DNA of 64,000 nt from Octopus bimaculoides (lineage: Eukaryota). Below the pieces are notes generated by a model that saw only the letters and a list, made by a program, of their open reading frames with translations, was not told the origin of the DNA and did not search any database. The stretch spans positions 181,778,968 through 181,842,967 of the forward strand of contig NC_068981.1 of NCBI RefSeq assembly GCF_001194135.2, written 5' to 3'. Positions within the stretch are counted from its first letter, which is position 1, and each line of letters opens with the position of its first letter. Of this stretch, positions 39,234 through 49,500 are shown in pieces. A program made the translations under genes and the position numbers.

Positions 39234-39549
39234 GGCAAATTTCTTGGAAATGTACCTAAATTTGAAAAATTTGTAATTGTTTAAAATAAATTTATTTACA
39301 CATATACCAAACTAGTTTCAATATTTTTTGTTTGTCAGTGGTAAAAATTTAGAATTATGAATTACAAAAACATATTTAAAAGTTTCAATGTTAACAAGTT
39401 TAAATGTTCGTAACAAATTTAGAATTATGAATTTGAAACTTTTAAACATGTTTTTCTATGTTGACTAGTTTGGTATATATGTAAATAAATTTATTTTAAA
39501 CAATTACAAGTTTTTCAAATTTAGGTGCATTTTCAACAACAAATTTGCC
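39234..39549. repeat. AT-rich foldback with ~85-bp outer arms and an inner inverted segment
   Basis: aaatgtacctaaatttgaaaaatttgtaattgtttaaaataaatttatttacacatataccaaactagt is mirrored at ~39466-39535. Confidence 0.88.
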
Positions 39550-40379
39550 TATATGTATGATATAAACAAAAATGAATTAGAAATATCTTGGTCATAAATA
39601 CAAGAATATCAAATACCATACAGCATAAATTCTCAAATTATTGAAATTATCTCCACCTGTAGAGGATGTGACATGATTACCAAATGGCAGTTGGGACTAG
39701 CTCCACCTAAGAAAGGGAGAAAATCTCAAGAATTCTACAAAGTTCACATGCCATTAAGGGAAGGGACAGGCTTATTTCCTGCAGAGAGGTAGACAGTTGT
39801 AGACAGGTTTCTGCCTCAGTAGGCATCATCACCATAACAAGTGCCCAGTGGATGTGTGTGTGTGTGTATTATGTATACAAATACACACATTTGATGAAAT
39901 GGACTCCAAAGAGGTAGGTGTTGATCTGATAAAAAAAAAGTGAATTTCCTGTGACAAGTGGAAAAAATCCAATGTCTTGGACAGCCCTTTTTCAAAGAAA
40001 AGTTTAAAGGAGAGAAATTAATGAGACAAGAGTTTTACAGCCTATAAGTTAATAAAAAACTTGCTGTAAGTGATGATGAATGTAAGACCACATGGGTTTC
40101 ATGTGTGAACAAGAAATGGTAGGAGAAACAGTGGGAAAAGGTGGAAAGAAAGAGGTGTGGAATGGGTGGAAGTAGGCAAAATCAAGAGTGAGGTGAAGGG
40201 AATGTGGATCCAAGGCTTTGGTCAACCTGGAGCTGTAGTAGAAGTCATTTGCCCAAGGTGCCACACAGTGGGACTGGACTGAAAACTATGTGGTTGAGAA
40301 GCAAACTTCTTAATCATACAGCCATACTGTGACTCTTCCATATAATCATATATGTATTTATGTGTTTGGAACAGGATAA

Positions 40380-40965
40380 ACTGGAACAAGATGCAGTTTG
40401 ACTTTGTACTTAAAAGATTTCTCTCTAATGCTATCTCCCTGATGAAGCATCTGCAAGTGATATAACTCATGTAGAGTTTATCCTCTATATTTAACATCAA
40501 GAGAGCTATTGGCAGGATTTTTCACACTGTTATTTGCTAGGCAGTAAGATGGCTAGCTTTACAGCAGTGCCAAGTAATGGTCTAACAAGCTATGTACAGG
40601 AATGCAGTGAACAAATGGGAGTTAACAAATGAGTACTGTGGTGAATATACTGTGCTGGTAGCAGTCCATCAGTGCTCTTCTGTTTGTTATAGTCCTTCAA
40701 ACTATCACAGAGCTGTTTCAGATGGGCTTTTTGTGTTAACATCTGCATGCTGATAACCTTATTCTTATAGCAGAATCTGTGGAAGTTTTGGAAATAACTG
40801 CAATGATTTGGTCATTTGTATGAATGAGGAGAGTAGCATAAAATTGTGTGAAGTGCTCAAAGTGGACGGTGACGGTACCTATGAAAGAGGAAGTCCTAGA
40901 AAGACATTCAATGAATTGGTAAAATCATATTTCAAAATGCTGAACCTCACAAAGGAGGATCATCC
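40380..40965 (+). mobile_element. RTE-clade LINE remnants (RT pieces and C-terminus)
   Basis: KMQFDFV...NAISLMKHLQ, HADNLILIAESV and VICMNEESSIKLCEVLKVDG...RGSPRKTFNELVK...LNLTKE. Confidence 0.75.
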
Positions 40966-43125
40966 CGATGACTTCTCTGCTGGCTTGCACATTTTGTGTC
41001 CATTCTGTGACTTTTTGATTGAAAACAATTTTCAAGAAACTGAATATAGTAAGTGTTGAGCATTGGCATCATATTGGTTTAATTGAAATTTATGTATGAC
41101 TCTGCTGTGGTCATCCAGCAGCTTGTTGCTCTTCTTTCATGATACTACATACGTTTGCCTGGTAAGTGCATAGAAAGTCAATAAACTATGAGACTATCCA
41201 TGTATTTTATAATCTGACATAGCTTCCAATGTGCATAATGAAAACTGATTTCATCATGTCCATTTTAATTCTCATTTTCTCTTTGCTTTGCTCTTAACAT
41301 CCAGTGTACTATCAATTTTAATTCTTACTCAATCATGTCATTTGAACTTATACATAAAAATGTATTTGACACTCTTAACTGATGAACAAACCTCTCAAGT
41401 AAATATGAGCTCAATGTTTTCTGAAAATATCTTTTGAAATGCTCTGTATATCAGTTGTCAACAGGAAAGTTTCCAAGCAGGTAGTTCCTCAATTATTCCT
41501 TCTGCTGTATGCAGGATAACCCTTAATATTTTCCAAAAAATTACATTGCAAAGTTTTTCAGACACTGTCAATTCATCATGTACATGGATTTTGGGTTTTC
41601 TGTTCCATAAATCTCAAGTATTACCAAAGTTCTGACTAATTCTCAAAATGGATCATTTTCCTCTGGAATCACAACCAACACAATTGGCTCAATTTATTGT
41701 CTTGTTCTGATTTTTTTCTTGGTCCTATAGAAAACTTAAAATTATCATGTGGAAGTGTAGAAAACCTTTCTGGAATTTAGTGACATGTTGCTGGCATGTC
41801 CAAAACATGGCATGTCCTCAACATCTACCATTAACTCACTGAGGGTAGCTTTTTAGACCCATGCTACCAGATCAAGTATGTTTTGAGCCAGTTTTGTGCA
41901 GCTAAGATTGTTTATGATTTCTAGGCACTTTGGGTAATATATGTTAAAATTTAATTAGTTTTCTCATAATTGCAAGCAATGGCCATGGCTTCTTGATAAA
42001 ATTGCTGCATATTTCTGGGGCTTCCTGAAAAGATGAGTTTAACTAGAAAACTGAAATTCCGATTATTTTCTCTTATCAAATGATATGCAATAGCAGAGTG
42101 GTTAAATGTGAAGATGAATGCTGAGTGGATGGAAAAGTGGGTGGCAGATGAAAGAGTAATTAACAAGAGTAGGGTTGGGGAATGAGATAAAGTAGGTGAA
42201 GAATAACAATAGAGATGGTTCAGAGGGGAGAGGGAGTGTGAACTGGCAGAACAGCATGAAGTTAGTTTATTGAAGAGGGGGTGAATGACCCATAGTCTAA
42301 GGCAGCCTCCTATATGTAGGTTGAGTGATGTGGATGGTGTGGTTAGCACAGGTGGTGGGGAGAGGTGAGATTGAAGGCTTTGAGTGATAAGGAGATAAGG
42401 GTGAGCAGTAGGTACTTGTGAGGTGTGGGTGGGGTCGAGGATATAAAGAGGTGGGGCAGCAAATGTTGATCTGAACATGCAAATATTGTAGCATTGAAAT
42501 GTTACTCAAGTATGTTTTTTATGGGGTGGCTGACACCCTTCTACTTCAATCTCTGAAATTTGGGGGAGCGGGGTAGTCGATTACATCGACCTCCCCCAGT
42601 GTTCAACTGGTACTTATTTCATTGACCCCAAAAGGATGAAAGGTAAAGTTGGCCTTGGTGGAATTTGAACTCAGAATGTAGTGGCAAACGAAACCCCGCT
42701 AAGCATTTCACCTGGCATGCTAATGATTTTGCCAGCTCGCCGCCTTGAGATATATATATATAATGCCATTGTATGTATGACTGCCATCACATAAGAAGGC
42801 ATCTGTTTGTTTCGCAGACCATAGGTCTGTGCCTGGAAAGTCTTGCTTGGTTTTTGTTGGCAGAACATTGTCTGTTGTCACTGTCGAGACCCAACATGAT
42901 AGTCTTGTGCATGTGCTGCTTTTCTGTTGCTTTTCTTTTTCTTTCTTTTAAAACCATGCCTAATGACATTCACCTCTAGGAGCAAACACCAGCAGTGTCC
43001 TCCCTCCATTTTGGTGTTCTTGTAAAGAGACTTCTTGTCTATCTTGGAAACATCTTTGAAATGAAATTGGTGTTGCTTTCATGCTAGAGGCCTATTCCCA
43101 TATAGCTGGCCTGAGAGCCTCTCAT

Positions 43126-43445
43126 TTAATATGAATACATGTGGCTTCTCATTTGATATGAATACATGTGGCTTTTCGTTTGATATGAATACATGTGGCT
43201 TTTCGTTTGATATGAATACATGTGGCCTCTCGTTTGATATGAATACATGTGGCCTCTCGTTTGATATGAATACATGTGGCCTCTCGTTTGATATGAATAC
43301 ATGTGGCCTCTCGTTTGATATGAATACATGTGGCCTCTCGTTTGATATGAATACATGTGGCCTCTCGTTTGATATGAATACGTGGCCTCTCATTTGATAT
43401 GAATATATGTCCCAAGATCCTCTCATTTGATATGAATATATGTGG
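43126..43445. repeat. 27-bp minisatellite, ~12 copies, inside the RTE remnant
   Basis: Unit ttgatatgaatacatgtggcctctcgt; explains the periodic ORFs (MNTCGLSFD)n and (HVFISNERP)n. Confidence 0.95.
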
Positions 43446-43759
43446 CCCAGCCAGCAGAGGCAACAATTTTGAAGCAGACTGAAAAGGCTGGGCATTTGTG
43501 TGTAAGCTAGGACCTCATTGTTTGTGACTGCATAAGTCTACTTCATGTCCAGAATCTTTGTAATGTGTTGGGTAGAAGGTATTGCAATGCTGCTCTTGTC
43601 TGGAGTAGATAATCCAGTGTCTCACTGCTATAAAGCAGTTTGCTGAGGATGTAAGCTCTGTAGACTGCAGTTTTGTTGTGTGTGCAGACAATTCACTGAT
43701 TGGACAATAAGTCAACATGTGGAAGTATTGATCATGGAGTTTATTTTTTAAAAAATGTT

Positions 43760-43870
43760 GGCATATTGTCCCTTCGGCAAATTGTCCATTTGGTCAATTG
43801 TCCTGTCTGAAAGTTGTCTGTCAGCCAATTGTGTGTCGGCCAACTATCTGTCAACAAATTGTCCGTCTAC
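43760..43870. repeat. 15-16-bp period repeat, ~7 copies (cggcaaattgtcc-like)
   Basis: ggcatattgtccctt / cggcaaattgtccatt / tggtcaattgtcctgt / ... / caacaaattgtccgt. Confidence 0.7.
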
Positions 43871-43970
43871 CATTTTGTTGTATGCTATTTGCACACTGTT
43901 CTTCATTCTCATTGTCATCCTAGCTAGTCTTGAGGTTTTTCCTCAAATCTGTTGATCTTAGACTCCAGAA

Positions 43971-44192
43971 CAGTGGTTCTCAATCATTTTTTCCCTATGG
44001 ACCCCTTTGATCCCTTTTTCACTTGGAGTAAGGGGCTCAGCCATTCGATGCTGTAAATTATATTTTTATAATTACATATTCTTAGGAATTGCATAAAACA
44101 TTAACATATTTTGTATATTGTAGAAGTATAACCTATTTACTGCACATATATTAACAGTAGAATCATATATGGACCCCAGTTGAAACCCATTG
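43971..44192. mobile_element. hAT (Charlie-like) MITE
   Basis: Termini cagtggttctcaa / ttgaaacccattg; 8-bp flanks ctccagaa / ctctagag resemble the NTCTAGAN target. Homologous to 55441-55676 in the opposite orientation. Confidence 0.75.
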
Positions 44193-45614
44193 CTCTAGAG
44201 AAAGGTTACCTGTGCTGAAGGATAGACTACTTCCAGCTCATAATTGTTGAGGGAGGTTTTCAACACCTTGTCTTGACATCGTCACACTTTTTCAGACTGA
44301 TGGTCAACCTGAAGTCTTAACAAGCTTTTGTGAGACTGTCTCTGAAGCATTGCAGTTGCTGTACCAAATGTGTTACCAATGCTACATAATCCATAAACAG
44401 CAAGTCTCTGAATACACCTTTTCAGTAATTTTCTGCAATTTGTGTTGGGCTATGCAAGTGAAGATCTTCTCCATGATGCTCAGCAATGAGACTTGTGTGT
44501 AGTTATTGCAGTCACTTTTACCACCTTTATTTTTGTACAGGATGTGACAATATTGTAGTCTCTCATATTCTGTAGTACTTCTTTCCAGTATTAGTGCATT
44601 TTTTTTTGTTTTTTTTTGTGGGTGGTGCAACAAGATGTCCTTTGTATACTCTATGGACTCTGGAATGGCATCCAAATCTGCTGCCTTCTCAGTGGAAAAC
44701 AGTTAATGAGTTTACTCAGCTTTTCAGCAGTCAGTAATACATCTACTTCCTCTATCACTGGAAGGTATTCTACAATACCTAGCACATGACACTGTGTTTG
44801 TATGTGCTTCACTCCACACATAATATGATCATTATTTAATGTCCATTTTCCAAGTTGGAAGGTTTGACAGGAGCTGCACTAAGCTCCAATTGTCTGTTTT
44901 GGCAAGGTTTCTATGGCAGGATGCCTTTCCAAACACCAACCACTTTGTAGAGTGTAGTGAGTACTTTTTACATGGCACCTGTATTAGGCTTATAATTTCT
45001 TGGCTCAAACCTTCAAATTATAGTTATCATGGAGATATAGGTGATTGTATGAAGAACTTTTATAACCTAATTTTCCTATCTATATTAAGATTCCGAACTT
45101 CATAGAGTTAATTTGTATTATCCTTAGGTATCCATTATTCATAAGATTTAAGGTAAGAAAACCCATCAACTTTTAGGGATTATTTAATATATATATATAT
45201 AATATATTCTGAACCCTGGCAATAAATCATTTTTAATTCTGTAATTAGGGATACATAAAATACCTTTAAACTGCAATACCTCTCTACTTGTGACTTGAAA
45301 ATGCTATTCAGACATAGGTAGAGCAATAACCCTCTGGACCACTTGGTAAACACATTTAGCATTTGGTTTAGACTGAATGTTTGTTAGTTTGTATCGAAGT
45401 TCTGTAATGGTAGAATTAGGGTTCCTTGCCAATTTCAACTTCTTTAGTTCTTCTTTCTGAGACATTTTGGAATATTCCAGGGTCAAACTAGACAGAATTG
45501 CTAACTAGACTGACCTGCTGGACAGGCCCTTCAAACCAAGACTGTCATATGTATGTCGTGTGTATGTGTGTGTGAGAGATGTATGTCATATACGTGTGTA
45601 TGTTTTTTTGTATG

Positions 45615-45692
<78 letters not shown>

Positions 45693-45739
45693 GTCATATG
45701 TATAATATAAGCATGAACATTAATAATGAAAGTGAAACA

Positions 45740-45799
45740 TGTGAGAAACATTTGAAATTTGCTGAGCGAACGTTGACTTTTTCGTTTAAACGCTCTCTA

Positions 45800-45834
<35 letters not shown>

Positions 45835-48800
45835 TCTCTCTCTCTCGCCTACTGCTGTAATCCAGAGTGGTAGGGCGGATACCCATAGTAAAAGTACAGT
45901 TGGTTTACGTAATATTGATGGATATGCAGGGAAACCACTGGGATTTTTTTTTTTGCCATGTCAGTCTCATTAACTTTCGCACTTATGTGTGCGCACGTGT
46001 GTATGTATGTATGTGAGTAGTATTGTCTAAAAGTATAGGCATGTTGCGTTAGCGATCCCATTATGCAGTCATCGAATGAATTCTTTACTGTGCTCTTTAC
46101 AATGCCTATTTATTTTTGTTTTATTTTTGTCATAGCTCTTTATCACGATCTCAGATTAATGAAATTATAACAATTAGTGAGGCTTTATAATGGTAGGGGA
46201 ATTGGAACCGACTCAGGACAGTGGCTCACTGAGAACGTAACCTCTATTTTAGGAGGCTGTCCATGGTTTCCACCAAGTTGAAGTTGTAATGTAGTTATTG
46301 ATATTGTGGTTCAATTCAATGAAGAAGACTGAGATACCATGAAGCGAGAAATATATGTTTTAAATTCAAAAGCAAAATCAATACCGAGAGAAATTTAGAA
46401 TATTTTAGTAAATCGTGGAGTCTTATTTGTGCCATTAAATGCATGATTGCCGCCGATAGCTTGGTTTATACACTAAGCAAGAAATGGATGACGAGTTTAG
46501 CATTGTAAGGTGCCACTGCATTAAAATGTCTTCATTGAGAAAAATGCAGACCAAATCACTGTTTATCGAGTTAGATTCCCTTGCAAAATTTAGAAGGAAG
46601 TTCAAATTAGCCAAACAAAGAAGACAAATATCTAAGGTAAATTTCTGTGACTAGACAATGTAGCATTATAATTTATTTTTACTATATATATATATATATA
46701 TATATTGTGTGTGAACGCGATATTTAGAGGATAATTTTAATTCGTTGTTCGCACAATTGCGCACCTACTGACGTCTGTCTGTCATGAAACGAATGAGTCC
46801 ATATACTTTAGGCCTTTAAAATCTAGTAGAATATGTGAAATAAATTGGTTTCAAGTTAGAATCGAAACCGGATCGTGGACCGTGAATTTACCTCTTGCCT
46901 TCACATTACCTATATCGTGTATGAAAATTTCTCTCCGGCGTGTGCTACACGTGTTTGAATGCATGTAATTAAAGATCTTAAAATTATCGTCGTCTTCATT
47001 TATATATATTTTTCTTTTTCTTCATCGTTCTGTGAGTGGATGCCATTTTTAGTTTTTTCTTCCTCCCCGTCTCCTCTCGTGTTGGATATATATTTGTATG
47101 GCATAAAATTGTAACGTTGCAAGTAGTCAGATCGAATGAGTTGTCTGTAGTTATTACCTGTTGTCAGTGTGGAAGTGTAATTAAATAAGGTATGTAATTA
47201 AAAGAAACCATTATCACTGTTATTACGAAATATTTTCTTAAAGCCAAGATACACGAGAAAATGCTCACCCAGACAAATGATTAAATTGATGGAGGTTGAA
47301 TGTGATGGATAGAAGAAATAAAAAAAAAGAAAAGAATAAGAAATATACAAGGCAAAACGTTATTTCTTTCTTTGCTTTATTGGAAATTAAATGGAAAGAG
47401 CAGAGAATAATCGTAATTTCGTTTGACTATTTTAAATGATTAAATTTATTTTAGCCTTGCGAAACGTCTTTGTCTATCTCAATTTGTGATATCTCACCTT
47501 GGTTGTTGCGTGTGAGAAATAACCGCTTTAATAGTATGCGGGAGGAGACCAAGCTACTGGCAACTTCACCTTATCTTCGCCATTTCATCTAACTCGTCTG
47601 CCGCTTTCCTTTCTCCGATGATATTCTTTACATTTATAAAAGGGCTCTGAGTCATTTCATTACTTTCACTCGACACGACCAACCTACATTCTATACATCC
47701 GACCATCTTCACTATAATAGAAATAAATTAAATTTAAATATTTGGATTATACACACACATACATCTTATTCCCAACGAGTTTGACTTGTTCCTTTAACTC
47801 CGTGTCTTTGTTGTTGATCAATAAGTTTACGAGACTTAGCTTTTCAATTCATATTCTATTATTTCTCTACTTTCTTTAGATAATTTGTCTCTAGATTTTA
47901 TATATATATATATATATATATACATACTAGATTTTAAGGCCTAAAGTATATGGGCTCATTCGTTTTATATATATTTTAGTGAAGTATATATATATATATA
48001 TATACACTTCACTAAAATTCAACTTTATTTGTAATTACCTGTCTTCTATAATAAATATTAGGTAAATTTGGAAGAATACAATCGTTATTAGATTGTGCTT
48101 TTGTTTTCTCTACGGTTAACTGCAACTACAAGTAACTAGTTTAAAGTCTTCTGATTGTGTGTGTGTCTAATATATATATATATATATATATTTCTCCAAC
48201 AGCAACGTTTTATTTTAGATCGAGCAACATTGGTAACCTGTTAATTATTTATTTATATTCGCACTCTTGTCTCGCCTGATTTAGAATTCGCTCTGGGTGT
48301 ATTCCCATTAGAATCTGTATTTTTTGTTTTGGCTGCTGTTAATAGCCTCCCAGTCAGTTTTTTTTTCCTTCTTTCTTCCCTTCTATTCCCCGAAGTTAGA
48401 ATTTCTCTTGAGGTTTCTATTATTCCATTTGGTGGCGAAATAAAAGAAAAAAGCTTGGATGAGAAATTCTGCACCTCTTTCTCATATAATCGTGAAAAAT
48501 AACAAAGATAATGAAAATTTAAAATAAATGCGTATCACTTGATTTGTTATCATTTCTCTAGAGGTTGTAATTTCGACGAAGAAACTGCCATAGGAATTAT
48601 TTTTCCTTTTCGGATTGTGCTTTGAGAGAACTTTTTTAAATTCGATTTGCGTGTCCAAACAGATATGGCTCTGAAGTACCTGTTCACGGGTCCATATCCT
48701 ATTATTCACCAACAGAATACGACACTAAATTCGATTTCCCCTCAATATAAAGATGTAAGATATTGTAAAGCTGTTGTTGGCGTGAAAACAAGTAGTCTAT

Positions 48801-49500
48801 TCATTTTAGAAATAAATTTGATTCCTCGTCGAATTTAGTATCGGTATTTAACAACCTCCAAATACTTACTTTTGATAGTGTGTCTCTGTGGTCTTGTCTG
48901 GAAACGATCATTTCAGTTCCGGCAGAATCGTTAGCGCGCCGGGCAAAGTGCTTCCGTCCTTACATTCGAAGTTCGAATTCCGCCAAGGTCAACTTTGCCT
49001 TTCATTCTTTTAGGGGGGATTGGGATCGATATAATCGACTTACCCCCATTCCCGAACTTGCAAGACTTGTGCCAAAATTTGAAACCATTATTATTAGCAT
49101 TGTTAGGGCGGCGTCCTGGTAGAATCGTTAGATTGTCAGGAAAAGCTTTGCGTCTTGCGTACATATCCTCTCGAAATCAGCCGTGTCCTTTATCTGTTTT
49201 GGGTCAGTAAAGTACCAGTCAAATACTGAGACTAATAGTACCAAGTAAACCAATTCTCTTGGAATCGCAGGCCTTGTGCTTAAGTCATTAACACTGTTAT
49301 GTTGCTGAAGATTGGGTCTTTGGATTTGCCTGCGTTCTCTTCTTGGTGAATACATTTCCCCAGAGCTTCGTTTTAGCTGGAGTATCACAGTGTAAAAAGT
49401 TTCTGCCAGGTGCCAACTGTCTCCTCTAATTGGGTGAAACTGGTGCAGACGAAATATATATATATATATATATATTGTCGAAACTCAAGAAGCAGAAATG
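45740..49500. promoter_or_regulatory. Second CpG-retaining domain (possible internal promoter or enhancer)
   Basis: By eye, CpG-rich and largely non-repetitive. The SINE copy at 48919 keeps its CpGs, whereas the same family at 63722 shows TpG/CpA decay. Not quantified. Confidence 0.45.
48919..49095 (+). mobile_element. SINE family S1, CpG-intact copy
   Basis: ggcagaatcgttagcgcgccgggcaaagtgc...gttcgaattccgcc...(att)n tail. Other copies at ~1597-1795(+), 5985-6172(-), 23100-23305(-), 28340-28490(-), 28510-28707(-), 42545-42745(-), 54640-54770(-) and 63722-63915(+). Confidence 0.82.

Larger units (their letters stand above)
42800..44740 (-). mobile_element. BovB-like RTE LINE remnant (RT to 3' end) carrying nested insertions
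   Basis: DAIPE...LYKNKGGKSDCNNYTQVSLLSIMEKIFTCIAQHKLQKITEKVYSE, NNYELEVV, HTTKLQ..ETLDYLLQT and PSLFSLLQNCCLCWLGHI...QLYG. Interrupted by a hAT MITE, a 15-bp-period insert and a 27-bp minisatellite. Confidence 0.85.

Noticed and set aside
43079-43495. Nine-residue repeat proteins
   Set aside because: 27-bp minisatellite inside a dead LINE; open in multiple frames on both strands.
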